A stretch of DNA of 64,000 nucleotides from Octopus sinensis (Eukaryota). The notes beneath the pieces were generated by a model that made no database searches, was not told the origin of the DNA, and saw only the letters and a list, made by a program, of their open reading frames with translations. Of this stretch, positions 1-12,402 are shown one piece after another; the first letter of the stretch is position 1; every line of letters starts with the position of its first letter. Made by a program: the position numbers and the translations under genes. The stretch covers positions 52,700,001 through 52,764,000 of the forward strand of contig NC_043005.1 in the NCBI RefSeq assembly GCF_006345805.1, given 5' to 3'.

Positions 1-292
1 GCCAGGAAATACTTAATCCAGTGTAGAACTTTTCCACGGATTCCAACATTTGCCAATTTTGAGAGTAGAATATTATGGTCAACCCTGTCGAACGCTTTAC
101 TGAAGGCAAGATATATGACATCAGAGTTCGAACCTGTCCCCAAGGCTTTAATAATATCTTCAATGTGGTCTAAGAGCTGTGTTAGAGAGTCCCTCCCACA
201 GCGAAAACCATGCTGATTTGCATTTTGGAGTTTGTGGGTCTCCAGGAAGTCAGCTATCCTTGATCTTAACACTCTTTCAGACACTTTAACGA
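1..292 (-). pseudogene. LINE (CR1/L2-Jockey group) reverse transcriptase fragment
   Basis: Open minus frame reads IVKVSERVL...NQHGFRCGRDSLTQLLDHIE...DVIYLAFSKAFDRVDHNILLSKLANVGIRGKVLHWIKYFL, matching LINE RT motifs QHGFRxGRSxLTQLL and YLDFSKAFDxVDH; runs off window edge. Confidence 0.9.
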
Positions 293-297
293 TATAT

Positions 298-328
<31 letters not shown>

Positions 329-1186
329 ATGTGTTGTGTGTGTGTGTATATGCATGTGTATATATGTGTATGTATATATTGTGTGCGTTTGTCTTTTTGT
401 ATATTTGCCTGCCACGACTTGCCAACTGGTGTTTGCTTGTTACGAGTACCAGTCTTTGAAATAATAGTTGGAATCGGTTTGTTAGACGAAGTTTTTCAAA
501 GCGGTGCCCCATTATGGCCGAAGTCCAATGACTGAAACAAGAAAAACCTAAAGATCGCAACAGCATATGATGGAACGTTGAGAAAGAGAAAGAGGACAGA
601 AAGAAAGACGCCTCTCTTTACACAAAACAATGTTGAAGAGGGGAAAAGGATCAGGTAACACTTTGGCAAAGTCTCTGCGAAAGATATAAAGAGAAAGAAG
701 AATTATCATAACAGATATGTAAGTGCCAACAGACCAAGTATCCTCCATCGTTGGAAGAATTTCTGAAAGAAAATTTTGGATATTTTATGCGAAGAAAGCT
801 TCCTGGGAGGTAGGGGTTCACTGTAGATGAAAGCCATAAACTCGCCTGACATCGTATTATAATTAATTGTGTCTTTTACTCTCATCTGTGTTTTACTTGT
901 TGTTTTACGAGCTATGAATATGGCAGCTGAGTTTCCGAAATATCAGTTGTTAACAATATTTATATGAATTATCTCCCGTACTGGCTTTGTATACTTATTC
1001 CAGAACCATACACATACACATACACATACATCAACACATACATACAAGCATATAGACATGTGCTCAATGATTAAATGACAAGTGAATAATAATAAGAAGA
1101 AATAACTAAATTATTAATCATTATATGAGATACAGTACTGACATTTCGCGTACCACCCAATTAAATAAACGCAATAATAGTAAGAG

Positions 1187-1218
<32 letters not shown>

Positions 1219-1225
1219 GAGAGAC

Positions 1226-1566
1226 ACCGGTGTAGGTGTCATTACATCTCCGTAGCCTAAATTATCAGTTCGGCAAAACAGGACAATTAAACAAGTACCA
1301 GACTTCAAAAACTAAGCACTGGGGTCGATTCATCGGCCTAAAAATTCTTCAATGTGATGCCCCAGCATGACCGCAGTCTAATGACTGAAACAAAGGAGCA
1401 AGTAAAGGATAAAAGATTCTATTAAGTTAATGAAGTAAATATCTACGCTCTAATGAATTAGCAATAATAAACAGGTGAGTTATTATTTGCATGTCGACGT
1501 ATTTTCATTTCGAATATATGAAGAATGCTTGGAAAGATCAGTTTCCTTTACAAATAGGAAGAATAT
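1226..1566 (+). repeat. 341-bp direct duplicate of 2981-3321 (SINE tail plus flank)
   Basis: No differences seen by eye between 1226-1566 and 2981-3321. Confidence 0.9.
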
Positions 1567-2009
1567 ATATATATGTATGTATGTATGTATATATATATAT
1601 ATATATTATATATATATATATGTGTGTGTGTGTGGTGTGTGTGTGTGTGTGTGTGAGCGCGTGTATGTTGAAAAAAGTACTGAAAAAAGTGGTATATACA
1701 ATTTCAATTTCAAAGAGACAAGCGATGTTGCACTGCGAATAAATCAAGGATTTATTCGCAAGCAAAGCGACTGATACATTTATGCGGAATCTCTGATAAC
1801 AACCGATATGAAAAAAAATCACAGGAGAAGTTACACTCTAGGAATAGGAATAGTAAAGGAAACATTTTGTGGTAGAACCCGGTATTTAATCATCTAGCAG
1901 TCAGAACTAACATAGCTGTGTAATTTGTTTAGTTTAATTGTTTCATTAGTTAAATCAAATGTCATAATGCTATAAAGCCGAATGAGAAAATGAAGCAAAC
2001 ATCTAGCCA

Positions 2010-2330
2010 ACATTAATAATTATGTTTCTATAGAATTTGTGAGAACTGACCACCATCTGCTAACTGTTTGACAAAGTCGATAAATATAAAGCGCTAATAT
2101 AGCCACAAGCAACAGAAATGAACTGAAAGTATATACTGGGGCAACTAAACTAACGTTCAAAAAATCGATTTTATAAAAATGTGCAGCGGTTTTGATGTAA
2201 TTTATACTGGTCTTGCTTGATGAAAGTGCACACGGATTGAGAATGACCGTCTTGGATTTAAATAAGCACAACTATAAACGAAAGGTAGCTCCAAAGCAGA
2301 AGTACCAAGTGATCTTTGAATAAAATATTA
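2010..2330 (+). mobile_element. Degenerate Penelope-like GIY-YIG endonuclease remnant
   Basis: Frameshifted CEN*PPSANCLTKSINIK...SNRNELKVYTGATKLTFKK resembles PLE C-x-CLTKSxxYKA...KVYIGxTxxTFKxR. Confidence 0.6.
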
Positions 2331-2631
2331 ATAACCTAGAGTCAAGGCATGTTAGCGCCTTGTACGCACGGAGTTTTAAACTTTTACGTAAATACCAAAG
2401 TCCTTGAATTTCGCTCTGGTGTGAAATGAATAGTGTTGCTTTCTAAATCTTTAATTAATGTATGTATATGCATATATGTCTAAGAGTGTATGTGTATGTA
2501 TATTAATGTATGTATATTAATGTGTATGTATATTAGTGTATGTATATATGTATAATTAATGTATGTATATGCGTATATGTCTAAGAGTGTATGTGAGTGT
2601 ATATATACGTATGCATGAATATTGTATGGAA

Positions 2632-3165
2632 TAGGCGCAGCCCTGAATTTGTGGATAGGCGCAGAGATAGCTGTGTGGGTAGGCGCAGGCGTAGCTGTGT
2701 GGATAGGCGCAGGAGTGGCTGTGTTGTAAGAAGTTTGCTTCCCAGCCACATGCTCCGAGTTCAATCCCACATCGTGGTACCTTGGGCGAGTGTCTTCTAC
2801 AATAACCTAGAACTGATCAAAGCTTTGTGAGTAGATTTGATGGGGGGGGGAACTAAATGAAACCTGTCGCCTATATACATGCATATATTTGTGTTTGTGT
2901 GTTTGCATCTACGATTGCTCCCCACCACTTCTTGACAGCAGATGTTGGTGTGCTTACATCACCACTCACAAGGCTTGATAACCGGTGTAGGTGTCATTAC
3001 ATCTCCGTAGCCTAAATTATCAGTTCGGCAAAACAGGACAATTAAACAAGTACCAGACTTCAAAAACTAAGCACTGGGGTCGATTCATCGGCCTAAAAAT
3101 TCTTCAATGTGATGCCCCAGCATGACCGCAGTCTAATGACTGAAACAAAGGAGCAAGTAAAGGAT
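2632..3165 (+). mobile_element. tRNA-derived SINE family A (older copy, multiplied 5' end)
   Basis: TAGGCGCAGGAGTGGCTGTG head, GTTCAATCCC B-box, CCAGCATGACCGCAGTCTAATGACTGAAAC tail. Confidence 0.8.
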
Positions 3166-3609
3166 AAAAGATTCTATTAAGTTAATGAAGTAAATATCTA
3201 CGCTCTAATGAATTAGCAATAATAAACAGGTGAGTTATTATTTGCATGTCGACGTATTTTCATTTCGAATATATGAAGAATGCTTGGAAAGATCAGTTTC
3301 CTTTACAAATAGGAAGAATATTAAGAATATCTGGTACCTTCATTTATTCAACACAATTAATTTATTACAATCATATTCATTAAGTGGAAGACATATATGG
3401 GATATTATTGCAGGTATACAGGTGTATCTGACGGAGATTAACAAATTGAGAATAAAGTTATTTACAAATAGCCTTATACCTACATATATATATATATATA
3501 TATATACATAGTACATATATATATGTATATATATATATACATATATATTAATAAATATATATCTATATAAATATACATATATCTATATGTATATTAATAA
3601 ATATATATC

Positions 3610-3657
<48 letters not shown>

Positions 3658-4009
3658 GTTTAATTATATATTATATACAAATATATGTATGTATGCATAT
3701 TTCTGGAAAAGAGAAATAATGATACGAAAGAGATAAAGTTACATGTAGCCCGAAGCAGGACAATAAAATTCAAATTCTAAGAAAGTGTCTGATGTCAGCT
3801 GTATTATTAATGTTTGCCAGCCGTAATTGCGGTCGCTAATTTAGGCAACTTATCTGCAAATCTGCCAAGTAATTTATATCGAGTTATTAAAAGTCATATA
3901 ATTGTTCAAATTCTCACAACAGCTCTCCTCCATCCCAACCACCTCAACACACTTATAAACATTATTCAACGTACACACAAGCAGATTTATAATTAAGAAT
4001 ATATATATG

Positions 4010-4108
<99 letters not shown>

Positions 4109-4556
4109 TATATATGTATATATATATATATACATTTATACATACCATGTATGATACAGGTACATACACATATATATAGTATGTATAATACAGATACGCA
4201 CATATTTCTAAATATACATACACATACATAAAACACACACACATACACACATACACACAAGGGCGTACACACATATATATGCATGAATCTGTGTATAGAA
4301 ACTTCTATTTATTCAACGAACAGTGATAAAGTACAGAACTCAATATGTAGAGGGTGAGTGTTCTTTTATATATCATAATTCATAATTCCGGAATTCCTAT
4401 CATTTAGCTTGCAATCCGGGACTGATTTCCCTTGAAATATCTGTTATTAGTTAGAATATATTTTGAAATAATTTATGAAAGTTATGAAGAAATGTTTTTT
4501 TTTTTTTTAATCTTTTACTTGTTTCTGTCATTGGACTAAGTCTATGCAGGGCAATA

Positions 4557-4783
4557 GCTATTTCTTTACTACCTACAAGTGGCTAAACACAGAGAGGACA
4601 AACAAGGACAGACAAACGGATTAAGTGCGACCCCAGTGTGTATATGGTACTTATTCAATCGATCCCGAAAGGATGAAAGGCAAAGTCGACCTCGGCGAAA
4701 TTTAAACTCAGAACGTAGCGGCAGACGAAATACCGCTCAGCATTTCGCCCAGCGTGCTAACGATTCTGCCAGCTCGCCGCCTT
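4557..4783 (-). mobile_element. tRNA-derived SINE family B with 14-bp TSD
   Basis: Reverse of GGCGGCGAGCTGGCAGAATCGTTAGCACG...GGTCGACTTTGCCTTTCATCCTTTCGGG; TSD TATGCAGGGCAATA at 4543-4556 and 4784-4797. Confidence 0.9.
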
Positions 4784-5546
4784 TATGCAGGGCAATACCA
4801 CAAGGCTTTTGGGGATATGAACTTGATTCCAGCGCATATTTTAAGATGTATATATTAGCAACAGTAGATGTATATATTAGCAGCATTAGTACTGAGAAGT
4901 ATTAAACGCAGATGTTCTGTGAGTACAAACTATACTGTGGTAGATTCCACGAGAGAAATTCTCACATTGGCTTTTGGTGCAAAATGCACTCCCACAAAAT
5001 GCACCAAATATCAATGACGGATAGATGAGAGGCTGTTAACGCTAGCGGTCGAGCGTCCAATATTAACAAGGCCAAGAGCGGTCGAAATCCTGTGACCTGA
5101 TGGTCTCAAAGCTGGAGGCGGCGGGGATTTATCTCCCCTCTAATGATATAAACTAGAGTGCATGAGCCAAAATGAGAGTTTCTCTTATGGTGTCTACCAC
5201 ATTGTAGTTTGTTCTAACAGAACATTTACGTTCATGTGTGGATAAATTATATATTTTGAATCTGGTAGTTATTCTATGGGGATCTTTTGCCGAATGCTAA
5301 GTTACGAGAACGTAAACAAACCAACACCGATGTCAAGTGGTGCCGGAGTACAAACATAGAAACACAGACACAAACTCACACGCGAATACACAAAGGCACA
5401 TACACACACACAAACACATATATACACAAACACACACTGTCTGTCTCTATCTCTCTGTATCTTTCTCTCTCCCTCTCCCTCTCACACACACTTACAGGCT
5501 GTTCGGCATAAATTTAATGATATTTTATGTATCCTTTTTCTTTCAG

Positions 5547-5606
5547 GAAGAACTTGATCTATAAGGTGTTGGAGAGTATAAAGAATGAAGTTGTAATTGA
5601 GAAAAT
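5547..5606 (+). CDS. Candidate internal exon (phase 2-2), KNLIYKVLESIKNEVVIEK, unidentified gene
   Basis: Acceptor TATCCTTTTTCTTTCAG, donor AAT/GTAAGC, 60 nt, only one frame open, non-repeat sequence. Confidence 0.5.
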
Positions 5607-5644
5607 GTAAGCTGACATAGAGAACTCAAAGTGTATGTTTACGG

Positions 5645-5695
<51 letters not shown>

Positions 5696-5715
5696 CATAT
5701 ATGTACTGAACCGCT

Positions 5716-5990
5716 AAGTGAGTGGATTTGGTAGACGGAAACTGAAAGAAGCCCGTCGTATATATATATGTGTGTGTGTGTGTGTGTTTGTCCCCAAACA
5801 TCGTTTGACAACCGATGTTGGTGTGTTTGCGTCCCCGTAATTTAGCGGTTCGGCAAAGAGATCGGTAGAATAAGTACCAGGCTTACAACGAATAACTTCT
5901 GGGGGTCGATTTGCTTGACTAAAGGCGATGCTCCAGGCTTGGTCGCAGTCAAATGACTAAAACAAGTAAAAGAGTAAAAGAGTAAAAGAG
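5716..5990 (+). mobile_element. SINE family A, 5'-truncated
   Basis: GTGAGTGGATTTGGTAGACGGAAACTGAAAGAAGCCCGTCG, internal TA/TG tract, tail ending (GTAAAAGA)n. Confidence 0.85.
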
Positions 5991-6014
5991 TATGTATATA
6001 TATATCATGTTGAT

Positions 6015-6205
6015 TCGTTAGCTACTGCACGCATTTTTTTTCTCTCCTTCTTTCTGTGTTTTTCTCTCTCTGTGTATCTTTCTGTTGAAGAGCGTAGGCT
6101 CGAAACGTTAAAGACTTGTTTTATTTATATTTCCTGAGCGCCATACTAATACAATTGTTCGTTTGTTTTCCACCTGCCTTTGTCTTTTGTTTATTTTCAT
6201 AAAGC
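6015..6205 (+). mobile_element. Short HHR-bearing repeat family H1 (probable PLE pseudo-LTR)
   Basis: Homologous to 12915-13125, 37805-38005 and, reversed, 44310-44530 and 57130-57350. Confidence 0.7.
6077..6114 (+). ncRNA. Minimal hammerhead-like motif H1 (variant core)
   Basis: Stem I TCTTT/AAAGA; core CTGTTGA+A; stem II GAGC-GTAG-GCTC; GAAA; ACGT palindrome; GTT triplet. Confidence 0.6.
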
Positions 6206-6211
6206 TTCCCG

Positions 6212-6258
<47 letters not shown>

Positions 6259-6913
6259 GACAAAATTTGATCACATCCATACAACAATTCCTTTCCCTTG
6301 CATTAATGAGTACAAAAGAATTAAAAAATAAGGCCTTGAAATATAATTATAATACTTACTAGAGAAAATCAAAAACAACACGTGGTTTTCCAATCAAACA
6401 CTTTGACCACTTGATTACATAAATTCCTTTTTCTGCCCCAAACAAAAGGTCACGAACATGGAAAAGAATAACATATTGGATCATAATCAAACGCCTGACC
6501 ACGCTGTTACAAAAGCCACGTCTCATTTACCTCCTCCTCCTTCTCAAACTTTTTCTTCTTTCTTTTCCCTTCGCAACCTTGCCTCCACAAAAAAAAAATA
6601 TCTCGAAATACACTCCTATTTTCTTTTTTCTTCTTTCTCTTCACTATCGCCCACTCTCTCTCTCTTCTCCTTTCTCACTCCTGCATCATCTAACTTGTTC
6701 CTCTCTCCCTCCTCCCTCTCCTCTCTCACTCTCTTTCTAAAACCTCATCAGTTCAATTTTATATTAAAAAAAAAAGTGAAGCAAATTTACTGTAAACCAC
6801 TTTTTTGATAAATCGGATAACAGAAGAAATCTCTAAAAATGTAAATAAAAATATATATAATCATCCAACATTCTGATTACCTTGTTATTCCCAATATTCA
6901 ATATCTGTACATC

Positions 6914-7062
6914 TTTCAGTTTCCGTCTACCAAATCTTCCCACAAGGCTTTGTTCGGCCCTAGGTTATAGTGGAAGTCACTTGCAACTTGCTCGAGGTGC
7001 GACACAGTAGGACTGAACCCAGAACCTTGTGGTTCGAAAGCAAACTTCATACCACCATGCCA
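6914..7062 (-). mobile_element. SINE family A head
   Basis: Reverse complement of family A tRNA-like head to TTTCAGTTTCCGTCTACCAAATC. Confidence 0.8.
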
Positions 7063-7137
7063 AATTTCGTGCGCTGCGATGATGTGTATGATCTGATATT
7101 TTGAGTAGGTTTTGTCGTCGGTAAAAACACATGAAAG

Positions 7138-7370
7138 AAGGCGGCGAGCTGGTAGAATCGTTAGCACGCCGGGCAAAATGCTTTGTGGTATTTCGTCCTC
7201 CGCTGCATTCTGAGTTCAAATTCCGCCAAGGTCGACTTTGCCTTTTATCCTTTCGGGGTCGATAAATTAAGTACCAGTTACGTACTGGGGTCGATGTAAT
7301 CGACTTAATACCTATGTCTGTCCTTGTTTGTCCCCTCTGTGTTTAGCCCCTTGTGGGTAATAAATAAATA
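7138..7370 (+). mobile_element. SINE family B, full length, 18-bp TSD
   Basis: TSD GGTAAAAACACATGAAAG at 7120-7137 and 7371-7388. Confidence 0.92.
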
Positions 7371-7651
7371 GGTAAAAACACATGAAAGTACCCAGAGATA
7401 AATGCTTCACCTGAAGGATTCTTAATGCGAATAGCTTCGGTAAAAATGGATTCGGAAACAAAATGATAAGTAAGTTTCTTCAGTTGGTTACCTTGAATGT
7501 GCGTGTAACTATAAATACTCGCTCACTTTATACCGGAGGGTGAAAAAAACTTTGAGTAGGAAGAAAAAGACAACCAAACAATGAAACTTGAACTTGCGAT
7601 TGGGAAATGAATACTTCTGATTAAGCCACGCACAGCCACTAATAGCATTTA

Positions 7652-8047
7652 TCTTTATATATAAAAGAGAAGTTGTGTGTCTGTCTCCTACGATTTAGAT
7701 TCCTAACTGCTCCCACATTTTGCGGTGCAGTTTAACCAAAACCGGGTATCTTATAGTCGTGATTCATATCGAGCCCTTCTGGATATTAGCGCGCGTCTAC
7801 GATGAGTCTACGATTTAAAAAAAACTTACCATCATTTTTTTCCATTTTAATGCATTTTTTCGCTATTATATAAGGGAAGTAACTCTCTAAAAATGTCTAC
7901 GATGAGTCAACAATTTTTAAAAAATTTACCATAATTTTTTTTTCCATTTTTGATGCATTTTTTGCTATTTTTTGGCTATAACTCTCTAAAAATGCTTATA
8001 TAGTTATTTCCCTTACAAACCCAAGCAACGCCGGGCGATGCTGCTAG
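7652..8047 (+). mobile_element. Non-autonomous Helitron
   Basis: 5' TC(TTTATATATAAAAG), 3' GCAACGCCGGGCGATGCTG-CTAG, A|T insertion site, no TSD; same family at 51387-52148 and 54362-55372. Confidence 0.8.
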
Positions 8048-8768
8048 TTGTTTATATAAAGTTAATTCTATTTTGGCCTGAGTGAAAAGATGCCCGGGAA
8101 GTTTCATATCATATTCATTAACAAAGTGAAGAGTTTCAACCGGTCACAAACCAAAAGATTGAAGTACAATTAAATATGAAATTGTGGAGATAGTTCTATT
8201 GATATACATTTTCGTTCAGATTTGGTCACCTATCTGAGAATAGGAACCTTGAAAACATTATTTTTGTTAGTGTACTTTATCAAACCCTCAAATTTATTTT
8301 AACTGAATTTAGCTCGCTAAAACTCTTTACGCGTTTAAAAATGGATAAAAGGAGTAAAGAATGACCATTGCATTGCACCTAGAAAGTTTCCCCTTCGAGG
8401 CACAAGTCCACGCAAGGTTGTTTATGAAAGACAAACAGTCGCCCTTGCATACCAGCCTCTTCTCGCCACGCCACCTATGTTATCCAAGGGAAAAGCAAAA
8501 GCCAACACAGCTAGGCACCATGAGTCGAATACCGTCTCCTTTGAACCACACGTCTTCACTAGGGTTCTACTCCAAGTGCATTGGAGTCACAGGATTCAAT
8601 TCCGAAGGAGATTAGAGTTTTGCACTTCTTTGAAAAAAAAAAATTTCTCTCCCGAAAAAGTCTAAAGGCTTCTTCTACTTATCTTCGTTAGACTGACGAT
8701 AGACACATTGACGAAGGCAAGAAATACAATTCTTTGAAGTCACTATTAAACTATATTTCGTAAAAGTG

Positions 8769-8871
<103 letters not shown>

Positions 8872-8885
8872 TATATATGTATGTA

Positions 8886-8949
<64 letters not shown>

Positions 8950-9216
8950 GTATATGCTTATGTGTGTGTATATATATATTGTTTATATGTCTGTGTTTAT
9001 CCTCCAGCATTTTTTGACAACCGAGCCCCATAGAATAAGTACTAGGTCTATTATAAAGTCTGATTCCAAAGGACTATTTGTTCGACTAAAGGCGGTGCTC
9101 CAGCATGTTCGCAGTCAAATGACTGAAAGAAATAAAAGATTAAAAGTGTATGTATATATATATATATTATATTCACACACACACACACACACTCACTCAT
9201 ATATATATATATCCAA

Positions 9217-9262
<46 letters not shown>

Positions 9263-9817
9263 TTGGATAGATTCGTGCGTATGTACATGTATGTATAGAA
9301 ACGTATGGAATATAAATCAGCAATTTGATATCGAAAAAGAACCAATAAAATATTGATAAGAGACCCATTCCGCCTATATCGTTTAACGGATTACCGGTTT
9401 ATTGATTACATCACACTAACTTTGTGGCCAATTCCTCTTTCTAAGATCACGTATAAATGTCTACCAACTATTAACTGAACACTTTAAATTCCACTACGGC
9501 TTCCCCTACTTATTCCTGTTTGGTAATTCGTCAGCATATCGCTCACACCACTAACATCGAAATATATCGCATCTTGATTCGGTTTTTCAGCTATAATTAA
9601 CTTCGAGAATATGAATACCTTTTAATACACACACACACACACGGATACGCTCACACACACACGCACACACGTGTGTGTATGTCTCTATGTATGTATGCAT
9701 GTATGTGTACATGTGGTTATGTACATAAATGTATGTGCATGCATACATATATTCATTCATACATGTTTATATACATATGTGTGTGTGTTTAAAGAAAGAT
9801 ACTTTGATTTGTGTTTT

Positions 9818-9885
<68 letters not shown>

Positions 9886-10355
9886 AGAGGGAGAGAGAGA
9901 GAGAGAGGTAGAGAGACAAACAGGCAGGTGGACAGACATACAGGCAGACATATTGGTAGACAGTGAGATTATTCGTTAATAGAATATGAAGAAATAACTG
10001 CTTTCAAACTTTATATTAAATGCATATGAAGGCGAAGTTTTGGCTATATAATATAAGAGGCGACAGTACATCAGCAAAAGCATTCAATTCTGCTTGTATC
10101 CACCCACCATCAAGCCGACATTCACTTATGCGTGCGAGATATGGAAAAATAACAGTAAGATCTATAAAACTGCAGTTGTTGGCTTAGGACTAAACTGGGA
10201 AATTCATGAGAGAAGTCATGAAAGGAGGTGAGTCGAGTAACCAAACCAAGACATACCGACAGAGAAATATGGCTTAAGACTTTTGATTCTGTCTTTTTAC
10301 GCATGTCCATGAAGAAACTAGCAAAAGTCTATCTCGAGTAAAAACCACAGAGGTT

Positions 10356-10747
10356 ACTCTTTTACTCTTTACTCTTTTATTTGTTTCAGTCATTTGACTG
10401 CGGCCATGTTGGAGCACCGCCTTTAATCGAGCAACTCGACCCCAGGACTTATTCTATCGGTCTCTTTTGCCGAACCGCTAAGTAACGGGGACATAAACAC
10501 ACCAGCATCGGTTGTCAAGCAATGCTAGGGGGACAAACACACTCACACAAACACACACATGCATACATATATACATATATACGACGGGCTTCTTTTCAGT
10601 TTCCGTCTACCAAATCCACTCACAAGGCTTTGGTCGGCCCGAGGCTATAGTAGAAGACACTTGCCCAAGTTGCCACGCAGTGGGACTGAACCCGGAACTA
10701 TGTGGTTGGTAAGCAAGCTACTTACCACACAGCCACTCCTGCGCCTA
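10356..10747 (-). mobile_element. SINE family A, full length
   Basis: Head TAGGCGCAGGAGTGGCTGTGTGGTAAG, B-box GGTTCAGTCCC, central microsatellite, (GTAAAAGA)n tail. Confidence 0.92.
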
Positions 10748-11065
10748 GGATGTGAGGTAAACTTTTAAAGATCTGGTTGGCGGCTGTAAGGAAAACTCTG
10801 AAAAATATAGACTGTTCTGCCGGAGAGGGAGAAACTACGAAGCATGTGCCTACGACAGTGAGTTTCGTATGATGAAATACAGTAGCAGCACAATAAAGAG
10901 ATGGTTAGTTGCCAACTTAATGTGGCAGTCCCAGGAAAGGGAAGAATGCTACTGCTATTTAGGCCCAGGAAACACTGTTTCCAGTTGGCTACGTGACACA
11001 CGCGTTCTGTGTCCTAACGTTTCCAAACAGGGGGGCTAAGCACCTACACCCAGCAAAGCCAGCAT

Positions 11066-11106
11066 ATAGAGACTAGTTTCAGAGTCATTGCTCTTCATCA
11101 GACTGG
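11066..11106 (-). ncRNA. Minimal hammerhead motif H2 (core intact, stem I decayed)
   Basis: Minus strand CCAGT-CTGATGA-AGAGC-AATG-ACTCT-GAAAC-TA-GTC-TCTAT. Confidence 0.6.
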
Positions 11107-11363
11107 AGTAGCTTGTCAGCTAGCTGTCGATGATTATTTGCCACTGGAAACGATGTTTCCTTGGGCTAAACAGCAGTAGCATTCTTCCCTTTCCTGGTAC
11201 TGCCACATTAAGTTGGCAACAAACCATCACTTTATCGTGCTACTACTGTATTAGTCTCTCTGAGAGATTTAGAAATGCAATATTTCTAATTTATTTATTT
11301 CACTTGAAAGTTTATAAGATTTCAAAGGCAAATAAGCATCAACAGCTAGCAAGCCAAGCTGCT

Positions 11364-11404
11364 CCAGACTAATGAAGAGCAATGGCTCTGAAACTAGTCT
11401 CTGG
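11364..11404 (+). ncRNA. Minimal hammerhead motif H2 (stems perfect, core G5A)
   Basis: CCAGA-CTAATGA-AGAGC-AATG-GCTCT-GAAAC-TA-GTC-TCTGG. Confidence 0.7.
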
Positions 11405-11600
11405 TAGCTGGCTTTGCTGGGTGGAAGTGCTTATCTCCCCTGTTTGAAAACTCAAGGACACAGAACGCTTGTGTCACATAGGCAACTGGAAACAGTATTT
11501 CCTGGGACTAAATGGCAGTAGCACTCTTCGCTTTCCAGGGAGTGGCACATTAAGTTAGCAACAAACAATCACTTCATATGTGTGTGTGTGTGTGTGTGTG

Positions 11601-11633
<33 letters not shown>

Positions 11634-11943
11634 TGTGTGTGTATGCGTGTGCGTGTGTGTAATTTCAATGGTTTAGATACTGTAGACACCGAAAGCACTT
11701 AATAACACACACACAGTAGCTGTCTGTTTGTCTATTTATCTTTCTATCAATCTATATTTACATACAGACCCACACATAAATTCACGCTTGTATATATATA
11801 TATATATATATATATACACCTATACACACTCGCACGCATGTATATGCATATATATGTGCACACACCTACACGCACACTGATATGCATATATATGAATATA
11901 TATATGTATTGTATATATATGTATTTATATATACATAGTGTAT

Positions 11944-11992
<49 letters not shown>

Positions 11993-12020
11993 ATATTTAT
12001 ATATGTATGTGTGTGCAGTT

Positions 12021-12086
<66 letters not shown>

Positions 12087-12402
12087 TATAAGCGCTCACA
12101 CACACATACACACACACACATATATATATATACATGCGAGTGTATGCTGTGTGTACTCGATTTTATCTTCCACTTGGGAGTAACTTTATTGAGTTACTTA
12201 TATTCAGAACATATTTAATTTTTAACACAGTGTCTTCTCCTATTTTGTTAACACATTCATTTCTTCCTGTTTTTTCCTTCTTTTCTATTGAAATATTTCG
12301 TCTTCCAGAGAGATCGATCACAAATTTTGAATCTTAAAATTGTCACGAAACCAATATTGAGGGTGTCGATCAATCTGTTATATCGGCAACAGTACACAGT
12401 CG

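Larger units (their letters stand above)
10875..11575. mobile_element. Cluster of three HHR-family H2 repeat units (inverted plus tandem), PLE pseudo-LTR-like
   Basis: 10875-11135 (minus) matches 11337-11575 (plus); 11140-11252 is a plus-strand 3' half of the same unit. Confidence 0.75.

Noticed and set aside
545-860. Purine-rich stretch with a protein-like but stop-interrupted + frame
   Set aside because: Probably a TE remnant, but no motif could be assigned with confidence.
2632-2727. Regularly spaced short repeats resembling a CRISPR array
   Set aside because: 24-bp tandem copies of a SINE head with homologous spacers, eukaryotic context, no cas genes.
8370-8640. Possible L1/Tx1 remnant on the minus strand
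   Set aside because: Only weak by-eye similarity across broken frames.
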